Sequence record: NC_019517.1
Length of the DNA stretch: 64,000 bases
Source of the DNA: Escherichia phage FV3
Reading direction: 5' to 3' (one strand)
A program made the translations under genes and the position numbers. Each line of letters starts with the position of its first letter. The stretch's first letter is position 1. The notes beneath the pieces are model-generated. The model was not told where the DNA came from and searched no databases. It saw only the letters and a program-made list of their open reading frames with translations. This document shows, in pieces, positions 46,116 to 55,117 of the stretch.

Positions 46116-46316
46116 TTACAGGCCTACAATATCTTTAATTCGTTTTACTGCTGCCTCAGCGCCTTGAGGGTAAAAATTATGGTAACCAATCACGCGGGTA
46201 ATACTGATCGCCGCCTGATGATCTTCATAATACCCCTTGAATATTTCTTGACCATCAACCAGCACAGCAATTTTTTCTTCTTTTTTGAAGTTAATAACGC
46301 GGATATTGTTGCTCAT
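46116..46316 (-). CDS. hypothetical protein (66 aa)
   Basis: track ORF. Confidence 0.4.
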   Translation of the reverse strand: MSNNIRVINFKKEEKIAVLVDGQEIFKGYYEDHQAAISITRVIGYHNFYPQGAEAAVKRIKDIVGL

Positions 46317-46461
46317 TTTGTTTCTCCTTTTGGAACTTTGTCTGTGTGGTGGGGAGTGTCTCCCCGTTGATTGTTATTATCCATATTTTTGACCGGGTTG
46401 CAACACCCCGGAAGAAAAATTTTTTGAAAAAAGTTAGGCCCCCAGGGATCGGGGGCCGTTA

Positions 46462-46581
46462 TCAGTTACTTACAGCGATAAAATACATCCCTACGCCTAA
46501 CAATATTTCAAGGGCGATGATCTCAAGCCATACCATAACACGGCGCGCCTTATCGGTGCGGGGCTTATCCTTGGGTGTCAT
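46462..46581 (-). CDS. hydrophobic micro-protein (about 39 aa)
   Basis: minus-strand ATG after SD GGAGG; MTPKDKPRTDKARRVMVWLEIIALEILLGVGMYFIAVSN. Confidence 0.3.
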   Translation of the reverse strand: MTPKDKPRTDKARRVMVWLEIIALEILLGVGMYFIAVSN

Positions 46582-46800
46582 CGTCTCCCCCTTTCCTCCT
46601 GTTAGTAGTGACGTGGTTTACAATGGTCCCCAGGAGTACTATCGCCACGCACATTACGAGAAAAATTATTTCTTCCGTTGTTCGGTCCATTATTATAAAA
46701 GTCCTCAAGATCAGGCCTAAAAGTAAATCCTTCGTTATTGAATCCATCCCGCCAGGCGGCTGGCCTCAAATCTTCACTAAATGGATTAATTAACGTGGCA

Positions 46801-47205
46801 TTATTTAAACGGCTGGCCCACATATTTTCTATTCCTCTCAAATAGGCGATCCGCCTCAGTTAAACAAATCTCATGGGCGTGATCTCTGGTTTTAGCTTCA
46901 TCGAAAACCTGTTGTGCAAGGCTGCAACGTAGGGAGACTGGAAGATCGCTATAATAGGCGTTAACAAACGTTTGAGCGTCGTACAGGTCTGAAAATACTT
47001 TACCCTTTCTATTATTCCCCTTGTCAACAATTGCAAGGATAACCAATACAATAGTTGCAACCACCCCCAGGAAAATAGATATAATAAACCATAAAAAGGC
47101 GGATCTCCCCATCTTGCCAGCGATCCAGGCGTTAAACAAGGCAACCAATATAGCCAAAATAATAAATTCCATTCTATGTACCTCTTTTACAGTTCTGATC
47201 AACAA
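46801..47205 (-). CDS. membrane protein (134 aa)
   Basis: two N-terminal TM helices. Confidence 0.45.
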   Translation of the reverse strand: MLIRTVKEVHRMEFIILAILVALFNAWIAGKMGRSAFLWFIISIFLGVVATIVLVILAIVDKGNNRKGKVFSDLYDAQTFVNAYYSDLPVSLRCSLAQQVFDEAKTRDHAHEICLTEADRLFERNRKYVGQPFK

Positions 47206-47236
47206 TAAGGCGGCAAATATGCCGCCTGTTACCTGA

Positions 47237-47617
47237 TTAAAAATTATCGCCGTAAATCTTTCCGCTTTCTACCCATACCACCACGCGAGGCATACTATCC
47301 CACACGTCTTGTTTTAGATTGAGCGCGTGCAATTCTTCGGTGGTGCTCATACCGGGCACGGGCTGATTGTATACTGCAAAACGACCACCCGCATAATCAT
47401 AGGCCAGGGTTAAATCACACTGGATCATCTTTTTGATCATGGCATTAAGCATGGCGTTAGCCGCATACTGATCACGTTTTAAAGGCAACTCTTTGATTAG
47501 TTTGCGATAGTTTTCGATATGGTCGCACACTGTTTCACGCGGAAGATCTTTCATATCTTCACGGAATGTAACCAGGTTAAACATAACGGTGTCAATAGCC
47601 TTGGTAGTGTTTTTCAT
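47237..47617 (-). CDS. hypothetical protein (126 aa)
   Basis: preceded by promoter TTGCAA-N16-TATATT and 5'-UTR hairpin. Confidence 0.45.
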   Translation of the reverse strand: MKNTTKAIDTVMFNLVTFREDMKDLPRETVCDHIENYRKLIKELPLKRDQYAANAMLNAMIKKMIQCDLTLAYDYAGGRFAVYNQPVPGMSTTEELHALNLKQDVWDSMPRVVVWVESGKIYGDNF

Positions 47618-47705
47618 GATTTTATCCTCTTTGTTTTGTGTGGGGCAAGACGTTTGCCCCTTGAGTTTTAATATAGCAGGTTTTTAGATTATTGCAACAC
47701 TTTAT

Positions 47706-48329
47706 TTATGAAAAACTCATCTCCCCATATTCATCCACATCAAACCTCCAATCATTGGCCTCAATAAGGCCGATCAGGTTTTCGGTAGTGAACTGTTCTA
47801 GATAGGCCTCCTCCAGGTCTACGTAAACCTTGCGGGATAGCTCCCGTACCGTCTCGGTGATCAGCTCTTCCAGGTCTTCCACTTTGTTTTCTTGTTTAGC
47901 GGTCAGATCTAGCCATGTGGTATCAATGTACCCGCTTACAGTGTTTTCATGGCTGTAATGGCTGTACTTGTCGCGTTCAATACTGGCGGATAGTTCGCCA
48001 TCGTGCATTGTGCCGAACAAGTGACGAATTGATCTGAACTTGGTCAGGGCCTTGACTTTACGCAAGAATTTTTCTAAGTCTACATTTTCAGCACTGATCG
48101 ATGCGCCATCGCCTTGACACCAAAAGCCGGACCAATGTACTTCGGTATCTTCAAGGCCGTACTCTGGAAAAACTTGTTCTTTATAGTATTCAATTACATT
48201 TTCTGCGAAAAAATCATCCCCGCTGCGTTCTTCTCTTTCGCGGACCATTTCAATGGCTTTTTCTTTTTGTTCGTCGGTCAGCACGTCGAAAGATAAATTG
48301 TAACCTGTGGTAATGTTAACGGTGGTCAT
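47706..48329 (-). CDS. hypothetical acidic protein (207 aa)
   Basis: preceded by promoter TTGACA-N16-TATAAT (minus strand, about 48376-48404) and 5'-UTR hairpin. Confidence 0.5.
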   Translation of the reverse strand: MTTVNITTGYNLSFDVLTDEQKEKAIEMVREREERSGDDFFAENVIEYYKEQVFPEYGLEDTEVHWSGFWCQGDGASISAENVDLEKFLRKVKALTKFRSIRHLFGTMHDGELSASIERDKYSHYSHENTVSGYIDTTWLDLTAKQENKVEDLEELITETVRELSRKVYVDLEEAYLEQFTTENLIGLIEANDWRFDVDEYGEMSFS

Positions 48330-48403
48330 GATATTTTCTCCTGTTTTCTTTGTTAGTGGCGGGAAGTTTTCCCGCCTATGTTTTTAATTATACTTATTGA
48401 GAT

Positions 48404-48664
48404 CTACTTGTCAACACTATTTTTTAAATTATTGTGGCGCAAAATGTTTAAAATCTCCTCAACGTCATCAACACGGCGGCAATTTTTAAACGCTACCAAT
48501 TGCCCCATGATTTTAATCACTGGGCGGCCTTGCCAGTGCCCCTGAAGAAAGCGCGCCTTGACTTTATCGGTGGAACTATCACGCCACCAAATAGCCTTGT
48601 TGTTGCAGTAGTAAAAATTATTCAGGATAACATCAACTTTATCAAAATTTTTTAATTTACGCAT
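48404..48664 (-). CDS. hypothetical protein (86 aa)
   Basis: track ORF. Confidence 0.4.
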   Translation of the reverse strand: MRKLKNFDKVDVILNNFYYCNNKAIWWRDSSTDKVKARFLQGHWQGRPVIKIMGQLVAFKNCRRVDDVEEILNILRHNNLKNSVDK

Positions 48665-48883
48665 GGCGTTTACTCCTTTCTCTCTTTGATGTGGTTAGTA
48701 TAGCTAACCTGTTGACGATGTCAATGATATTTTTAACGCCATAAAACGGCCCTAGGCGATGCTTTCAGGTTAAAGGGGGGCGATTGCATAGGTGGGGGCC
48801 TTTTTGGCGCTTACAGGGCCAACCAGGGGCGCTATTCGTAGGATAGAAATAAAAAGCCCCGCACAATGGCGGGGCGTTGGTTG

Positions 48884-49081
48884 TTATTTGTCTTTATGGC
48901 GGTATCGTTCTGCCTGTCGTTCACGTTCCAAAAGTAGGCCGGGCAATTTACGATCATAATGATTCCGCCAGATCTTCCCAAACCTTTTTGGCTTATTCAG
49001 TTTATTGTTGCGCTGTCGGCGTTCTGGCAGCTCTTCGGAATCATGAGGGCGCTTTACAATTTTCTCGAAATTAATTTTCAT
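48884..49081 (-). CDS. highly basic small protein (65 aa)
   Basis: internal ATG with SD AAGGGGGG; track ORF 48884..49105. Confidence 0.4.
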   Translation of the reverse strand: MKINFEKIVKRPHDSEELPERRQRNNKLNKPKRFGKIWRNHYDRKLPGLLLERERQAERYRHKDK

Positions 49082-49424
49082 ATATTCCCCCCTTGCTAAC
49101 TTCAATATTGGCCTGAATAGCCCGGATACGGCGCTTTATAACTTCCTGATCTGTGTGGTCGTATCCCCAAAAGTCTACAATTTTTGCGCCCCCCGCCTCC
49201 AGGCGGTATAGTGTTTCCTGCATTTTGTAAGCCGGGATCGGTCGCGGTGTTACTTGGTCGCCTTCTTTATTTTTATACTTTATAATATAATCTTCGTTAT
49301 CGTTGAATGTCCAAAATGGATATTCTGCAAGGGCGGTACTTCCTCTTTCCTTTTTATCCTGGATCTTGTTTACAATTAAAGCCGTAGCAATAGCGCCAAT
49401 AATAAAACTAGCCCCGCTGATCAT
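49071..49424 (-). CDS. membrane-anchored protein (117 aa)
   Basis: N-terminal TM helix. Confidence 0.45.
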   Translation of the reverse strand: MISGASFIIGAIATALIVNKIQDKKERGSTALAEYPFWTFNDNEDYIIKYKNKEGDQVTPRPIPAYKMQETLYRLEAGGAKIVDFWGYDHTDQEVIKRRIRAIQANIEVSKGGIYEN

Positions 49425-49500
49425 GTGTACTTTCTCCTTTCATGGTGTTAATAAATTATCTTTATAGATGGCCCTGCAACCAGGACCACCGAAAAAATAA

Positions 49501-49746
49501 CTATTTCACAATGCCTACAAAACAGATCCCGCCTTCACCTATGTAAGCAATATCGGTAACTTTATAATTTGTCAAGATCTGCTTATTTAGTTCATTAATA
49601 AAATCGGTCATTGCGTTGGTGTAGTTGTCTTCCATGTCTAGGGAATAATCCCAGGCGTAGACCTTTTTACGCCCGAAGCCTTTTACCATGATACGGGCGC
49701 TTTTGGTGTTGGTGGGCGCATAATATTTTGTGATTAGTGCTGCCAT
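49501..49746 (-). CDS. hypothetical protein (81 aa)
   Basis: track ORF. Confidence 0.4.
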   Translation of the reverse strand: MAALITKYYAPTNTKSARIMVKGFGRKKVYAWDYSLDMEDNYTNAMTDFINELNKQILTNYKVTDIAYIGEGGICFVGIVK

Positions 49747-49787
49747 GGGTTTTAACTCCTCATTAGTTCAGTGTTAACAGTGTAAAG

Positions 49788-49832
49788 TTTACTTTATTGA
49801 TGGCCCTGGAGTCAAGGCCATCTAAAAATAAA
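49788..49832. repeat. 45-bp conserved intergenic element, copy 2
   Basis: identical core to copy 1. Confidence 0.7.
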
Positions 49833-49834
49833 TT

Positions 49835-50176
49835 TTACTCGTTTTCTTCCAGCTCTGAAAGCTCTTCTTTCACTTCTTCCAGCTCTGTCTGCAATTCCTG
49901 GTATTCTTCATCGTCCTCAATATCCAGGCTGTCGATGTAGTCGCTAAATCCGCAGCGGTAAGCGATAGGATCTAACTCCTTGAGGATACGCGACGGAAGA
50001 AAAGAAATGTTTCCGATCATAATTTCGCCGTAGATCTCGTCTAGCCATTCATCATAGTTTTCGTCGTACTTGTCCTCGTCGATTTCAAAGTTATCGATCT
50101 TGTTCTCAAGGTCTGCGATCTGTTTTTTCAGCGCGGCGATCTGCATAGCTTTTTCTGCGGCGGTCATAGTAGTCAT
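49835..50176 (-). CDS. hypothetical acidic coiled-coil protein (113 aa)
   Basis: track ORF. Confidence 0.45.
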   Translation of the reverse strand: MTTMTAAEKAMQIAALKKQIADLENKIDNFEIDEDKYDENYDEWLDEIYGEIMIGNISFLPSRILKELDPIAYRCGFSDYIDSLDIEDDEEYQELQTELEEVKEELSELEENE

Positions 50177-50409
50177 GGTGTTTTCTCCTTTTTTGTGTTT
50201 TGGGAAGTTTTCCCGTTTACGTGTTTAAGTATACCGATTTAGGTTAGCTTGTCAATTAAAAATTTAAGAAAAATTTTGCAAAACTGTTGGCGCTACTCAT
50301 TAACATTTGCGCCAGGATGTAACCGACAACGCAAACGATAATAGTTACCTTTGTGTATTGGCGTGTAGTGCTCATCTTAAAGCCCCCTTTTTCGCTTAGT
50401 TGAGACTAG

Positions 50410-50454
50410 TTTACTTTATTGATGGCCCTGGAGTCAAGGCCATCTAAAAATAAA
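50410..50454. repeat. 45-bp conserved intergenic element, copy 3
   Basis: identical core to copy 1. Confidence 0.7.
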
Positions 50455-50455
50455 C

Positions 50456-50860
50456 TTAATAAGTTTTCAGTACTTTCCCGTCCAACCTGTCAAGCTGGAT
50501 CTCGATAGCTGCAGAAAATCTATTGTACACCACGTCGCCCATAGAATCCAACCAATCTATGACGTTATATACCTGCTCTTTATTCTTACAGGTCCGGATC
50601 CGTTTCATGATGTAAGCCGGATCAATATTGGTACTCTCGTTGGTGTTCCCCTGTACCTGGTTTGCCGTATTAGTTACATCTTTAATGGCCTTTACCACCA
50701 CCTGGAATGGCTTTAAGGTGCCTTTTGCGTTCATCTCACGCGCTTTTGCGGCGCGGTTGTTGTATGTTACACAACGGCGGCAAATGTTGATCAAATGCAT
50801 GTCAATAATTTTTTCATCGTTTGCCAGCTCGTTCATGATGCGGCGTACGTTCTTATTCAT
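50456..50860 (-). CDS. hypothetical protein (134 aa)
   Basis: preceded by promoter-like TTGACA and 5'-UTR hairpin GGCGGGAA...TTCCCGCC. Confidence 0.45.
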   Translation of the reverse strand: MNKNVRRIMNELANDEKIIDMHLINICRRCVTYNNRAAKAREMNAKGTLKPFQVVVKAIKDVTNTANQVQGNTNESTNIDPAYIMKRIRTCKNKEQVYNVIDWLDSMGDVVYNRFSAAIEIQLDRLDGKVLKTY

Positions 50861-50942
50861 GATCTTTTTCCTTTATGTTGGCGGGAAACATTCCCGCCTT
50901 TTGTGCCCAGTTTACTTGAATTTTGCAGCGTGTCAACAATTT

Positions 50943-51341
50943 TTATTCGTGGGCGCATGTTACAATGTGCTTTTTATAGCCCAGGCGGTCAGCAAGTGCC
51001 GCCAAAAACTCTTCTTCGTAGATCCAGCCGTCGGCAGTGATCCCCATAGCATTTAATGCGCTCTCAAGTGCTGCGTTGGCTTTATCATAACCGTGACCGC
51101 TCGCCTTGCCGCCAGTATAGCCGTACTTATTGTTCTTGTTGTCGTGTATCCAAAAAACGCAGTAGTAAGTGTTCCCGCTGGCGGCGGCATAATACCGGAT
51201 CTCAGCTACTTCGTGCAAATTATTGTCATCGTCCAGGCCCACCAGATTATAGGCCTTGTAAAATCCACGATCACGGCGGCAGTTCTTGACATCAGAAAAA
51301 GAAAAGTCCGCATTATCAAAATTAAAGGTGGTGGTTTTCAT
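50943..51341 (-). CDS. hypothetical protein (132 aa)
   Basis: track ORF. Confidence 0.45.
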   Translation of the reverse strand: MKTTTFNFDNADFSFSDVKNCRRDRGFYKAYNLVGLDDDNNLHEVAEIRYYAAASGNTYYCVFWIHDNKNNKYGYTGGKASGHGYDKANAALESALNAMGITADGWIYEEEFLAALADRLGYKKHIVTCAHE

Positions 51342-51405
51342 GATTTTATCCTCTCAGTGTCTTTTGTGCTTTTAGTGTATTTGGTGTCGGCCTATATGTC
51401 AATAC

Positions 51406-51603
51406 TTATTTTTTATTAAACCAGTGGTTGATCTGGCCTTTTGTCAGGGCGCAACGATTAAGCTGTTGCCGGGTATAGCTCTGACCGCGACGGAATTTAT
51501 AAAGGCCTTGCCCGTTGTTGATGGTCACATCCACCTGGCAAATCATTTGATCGGTGACCACCTGGCGAGTGCTGCGACGTACTTTAATTCCGTAGGCGTT
51601 CAT
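51406..51603 (-). CDS. hypothetical basic protein (65 aa)
   Basis: track ORF. Confidence 0.4.
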   Translation of the reverse strand: MNAYGIKVRRSTRQVVTDQMICQVDVTINNGQGLYKFRRGQSYTRQQLNRCALTKGQINHWFNKK

Positions 51604-51899
51604 GATTTTTTATCCTCTCTGTTAATTAGTGTGGTGTTGTTCACCTTGCGAGGATAAGAATAACAAAAACTGTCCGAGCTGTCAACCACTAGTTAAAATT
51701 ATTTTTTGGGTAGAATTCTCCAGCCGCCGCCCCTGCCAGGTTGACCATCATTTTTTCGTACTCTTCTTTATGTTCCAACGCTTCCGCCATAGCCTTTTCA
51801 ACCAGGGCGATAGCCTCAGCGTTATTAATAGCTACATTTTCCAGGGGGATCCTATTACCTTTCATTTTTGTACCTCCTCTTCAATTGTTACCTATCCTA

Positions 51900-52838
51900 T
51901 AACATAGGCCCACCAGGCTGGCCCCGCCAGGTTGCAGCGGTTAGCGCATCAGGTTAGAATTTTTTTTTTTTTGAAAAGTGTTGACAGCGGCCCCGCCAGG
52001 TGGCACAATATACATATCGAAAGGACGGCAGGCACCGGTGACGGGGGAGACAACCACCGGGGATGGGCGCTGCATGAAATGAGAACGATTATCATTATCG
52101 TCTAAAAATTTATGCAAAAACTTCTTGCTTTCTTTGTCCTGTGTGATACTATAATAACAAGCCGGGGCAGTAGGGGCCGGGAGACAATCACCGGGGGTGC
52201 CCGTTATTCTGCAAACGAGAATGATTATCATTCAAAATTCTAAATGAGAACTTTTCGCATTTCATAAATTTAGTTAGCATGCTAATTACCTACCGTGACA
52301 ATTCTATATAAAATAATACCTCATAAAATATTCCCATATAGAAATTTTAAAAATCCATTTCTGAAAACGAAAAATCGCTTTCGTTCCCAAAAATTTTAGA
52401 TCTGGTGCTGGACCAATTTCAAGAAAATCCGATTCAGAAAACGAAAAACAGATCGAGTACCGAAAAATTTATCGAGAAAAATTTTCAGAAAATCCAATCT
52501 TTGAAATGAAAAACAGATCGAGTACTGAGAGAGATGTATCAAAACTTACTGATAATAATTAACTTATTGTCATAAAAGGCCGAAAGTAAGTTGGGAAAGT
52601 TCTGGTAGAAGGGTGAGAGTGTGTGCGGAAAATCTGGAACGGTGATTTGAAGTACGGTGCGAACGATAGGATGATCAGCACAGCTTATCGTGCCTGTCTT
52701 GAAAAAATCCATTTTAGTTTTCGATCCATTTTCTGATTTTCTAAGAATTTTAAAATATCCGGCCAGGTAAAATATCAAAAGGAGGAAATCCATTTTAGAA
52801 ATCCTCCTTATGTTTGATGTGCCAGGGATTTTCAAGTA
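51900..52838. other. second gene-free repeat-rich region; candidate regulatory, origin or ncRNA locus
   Basis: 14-T run, plus-strand promoter-like TTGACA-N17-CACAAT at about 51981, duplicated 70-bp unit, AAATCC(A/G)(T/A)T repeats, 22-bp direct repeat GAAAAACAGATCGAGTAC. Confidence 0.5.
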
Positions 52839-53168
52839 TCAACTATCTTTGTTTTTAGGCTTGTACATGCGTAGAGGTATAGTTTTTATAACATTCCATC
52901 TCCCCAACCCTTCCCAGTTCCAGTTGTGGGCGTGATACCCAGTTATGCATGCACTGCTGGAGTGATCATAGGCATAGGAGAACGCTATGCGTAACAGATG
53001 AGGCCAGTCTTTCCACGGCTGTGGTCCGTAAGCCTTTCTCCAACACCGACACAAACTAAATGTCTCAAGAATAGGCAGGATAACAAATCCATACACCACC
53101 ACCAAGATGATCAGCGCAATGATTGTCAGGAATACATACCCTGCAGTTGAAATGATGATCTCTGTCAT
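52839..53168 (-). CDS. membrane protein (109 aa)
   Basis: N-terminal TM helix. Confidence 0.45.
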   Translation of the reverse strand: MTEIIISTAGYVFLTIIALIILVVVYGFVILPILETFSLCRCWRKAYGPQPWKDWPHLLRIAFSYAYDHSSSACITGYHAHNWNWEGLGRWNVIKTIPLRMYKPKNKDS

Positions 53169-53368
53169 TTGTCATCCCCTTTACGAATATAGATGTGTGA
53201 GCCTGCCTGTATATAAATTTCTCGACCATCTTCTGCAAAAATATGGAATACACGGTCACCTTCGTATTCAATACGGGATATCTTCATAACGGTCTTCCCA
53301 CCCGGAATGCGGATCTCATCGCCTACAGCAATGTTCCATGCAGATTTAAGCTTAAACATCAGCACCAT
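53165..53368 (-). CDS. hypothetical protein (67 aa)
   Basis: track ORF. Confidence 0.4.
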   Translation of the reverse strand: MVLMFKLKSAWNIAVGDEIRIPGGKTVMKISRIEYEGDRVFHIFAEDGREIYIQAGSHIYIRKGDDK

Positions 53369-53597
53369 CCTTTGGTAGCTTGAACTCTGGCATAGCCATA
53401 TACGCTACAACAGGGTTGTGATCAAAGTAGAACTGACCATTAATTACCCCAGTTTTGTGCACATAGCCACCAGATCCTGCAAGAACAATCTCGCAAGCTC
53501 CGAAATCTACATTGCCATTCTTGTCAGCCATGGCTACGATATACTTTCCGAGAGGCATGTTTTCAACGCCGTCTACGAATGTCCACCCTTTGTTCAT
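53352..53597 (-). CDS. hypothetical protein (81 aa)
   Basis: track ORF. Confidence 0.4.
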   Translation of the reverse strand: MNKGWTFVDGVENMPLGKYIVAMADKNGNVDFGACEIVLAGSGGYVHKTGVINGQFYFDHNPVVAYMAMPEFKLPKDGADV

Positions 53598-53617
53598 ACT
53601 TTATCTCCTGCACTTTC

Positions 53618-53950
53618 TTAAGGTAACCAGTAAACAATCTCGCCTTTCAGCTTCATGTCGTTTCCAACATAAATTTCCCAGCCATCCATCTTAGCAACTG
53701 CAGGCCCAAAGTCATCAGCACCCCTTACTTCTTTCCAGGTACCGTAGTCAGGCTGCCAGATATAAAAACCGCCTTCCTTATCCCATGCACCTGCAACTAC
53801 GCCCAGTAGACTGCCCATTGCAACAATGGTGGGCCGTGGGAATAATACATCTACAGATGCGCCGCAATATCGGGTATCTTTTAAATTACAATCCCAAAAG
53901 ATGTCTGCCAGTGTAGCGGCAATAGCTTTACGTCTTTCTAATGTTACCAT
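53618..53950 (-). CDS. hypothetical protein (110 aa)
   Basis: track ORF. Confidence 0.4.
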   Translation of the reverse strand: MVTLERRKAIAATLADIFWDCNLKDTRYCGASVDVLFPRPTIVAMGSLLGVVAGAWDKEGGFYIWQPDYGTWKEVRGADDFGPAVAKMDGWEIYVGNDMKLKGEIVYWLP

Positions 53951-53957
53951 ATCATAC

Positions 53958-54149
53958 TCACTTGTTGTTAATAAGTTCTAAAACTTTCTGTCTTACTTTG
54001 TCAAGGTCTGTTGATTCAAAAACTGTGCGATATCCCCAACTTTGCCCATAGGAGTGACTGCAATCCCCGTAGCACCATTGCTCAATTTGATAGTATTCAA
54101 GGAACGGGTGCTGTCTAACTATGATACCATCCCGGTTAAAAATTACCAT
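53958..54149 (-). CDS. hypothetical protein (63 aa)
   Basis: track ORF. Confidence 0.35.
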   Translation of the reverse strand: MVIFNRDGIIVRQHPFLEYYQIEQWCYGDCSHSYGQSWGYRTVFESTDLDKVRQKVLELINNK

Positions 54150-54212
54150 AATACATCGCTCTCTGTTAGTTTATGAGTATATTATACACTGCAGTTTTCA
54201 GATGTCAACCTC

Positions 54213-54464
54213 TTACAGATTGCTCCAGTACAATCGGCATTTACATTTTGGGCAATGAGGTTCTTTTATGTAATAACCGTCAGTCTTTGGAACACTTTTT
54301 GGTGCAGTTTTAATATTGTACCTGGTAAAACATCGGAAGCAGGTTACCTCTCCGATCTGCTGATCGTTGATCCACTCGCCAGAGTAAAGCTCTTTCTTGT
54401 TTCTCATAATTCTCTCCCAAATCCTCTGCAATCTTATACCAAAATCTCCAGCCAGAAAGCACAC
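54213..54464 (-). CDS. small Zn-ribbon protein (83 aa)
   Basis: CFRCF...CPKCKC cysteine pairs. Confidence 0.4.
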   Translation of the reverse strand: MCFLAGDFGIRLQRIWERIMRNKKELYSGEWINDQQIGEVTCFRCFTRYNIKTAPKSVPKTDGYYIKEPHCPKCKCRLYWSNL

Positions 54465-54658
54465 GGGAACACTTTGAGGATTGAATCTTTACTTGGCTCG
54501 GAAGTTCTTTTTCCGTATGGTAGGTAGAAATACCCTCCTGCAGATTCGAATATAGCTCCTTCGGTTGTATCTACCACAGCAAGAATTAAGATTTTAGTCT
54601 CCACAGTGCTCTCCTCTCTTAGTTGTTGTGGAAACTATATCACCTCAGAAGATGGTCG

Positions 54659-55117
54659 TCAACACTTTTTGTACTCCACCACAATCACATCAATGTCTGT
54701 GGTGGCAAGATTAATGACGTCTTCCACGTGTTCCCACTTTAGACCACCAATACCGCATCCGATTTTAGGAATGTAGAACGGTAATGACATACCTTTGAAT
54801 ACCTCGTTGACTCGCTCAAAGCCTTTCATGATTGAGAAGTATTCAGCATTGGGCCCTGGGTAGAACTGGGTATACAGGTTGATTCCATATACGACCCTGT
54901 TCTTGGCAAAATGCTCCCAACAAGAAAACATGCCCAGCTTGTCTAGATTACCATAAGCAGTCTCTTTGTCGGCTGCCAGTGCTTGAGGGAACTCACGGGC
55001 AATATCTTTCGCTATACCTGCACCCATTGTGTGAAAGCAGTTACAACCGTGGATCATGTGGCCTGACCCTTTCTTGAAAATGGAGATTAGATCTCCACCT
55101 ATAGTATCAATAATCAC
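54659..55117 (-). CDS. TARG1/DarG-type macro domain protein (ADP-ribosyl hydrolase candidate)
   Basis: GDLI, HGCNCFHTMGAGIA and PKIGCGIGGLKWEHV align with human TARG1 GDLF, HCISEDCRMGAGIA, PRIGCGLDRLQWENV; likely GTG start with SD GAGGAG (track ORF runs to 55216). Confidence 0.8.
   Translation of the reverse strand: MIIDTIGGDLISIFKKGSGHMIHGCNCFHTMGAGIAKDIAREFPQALAADKETAYGNLDKLGMFSCWEHFAKNRVVYGINLYTQFYPGPNAEYFSIMKGFERVNEVFKGMSLPFYIPKIGCGIGGLKWEHVEDVINLATTDIDVIVVEYKKC

Noticed and set aside
46602-46841. Track ORF 46602..46841 (minus) as a gene
   Set aside because: Overlaps the end of the 46801..47205 membrane protein gene and competes with small hydrophobic frames in the same interval; coding status unresolved
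41442-52240. DnaA boxes at the TTATCATT motifs
   Set aside because: Motif deviates from TTATCCACA at key positions; treated as a phage-specific repeat instead
51941-52835. Track ORFs 51941..52231 and 52539..52835 as genes
   Set aside because: Low-complexity, repeat-derived, no SD, and they lie in a region with an opposing promoter; more likely non-coding
51900-52840. CRISPR-like array suggested by short direct repeats
   Set aside because: Repeats are irregular in length and spacing, differ between copies, and lack uniform spacers; no cas genes
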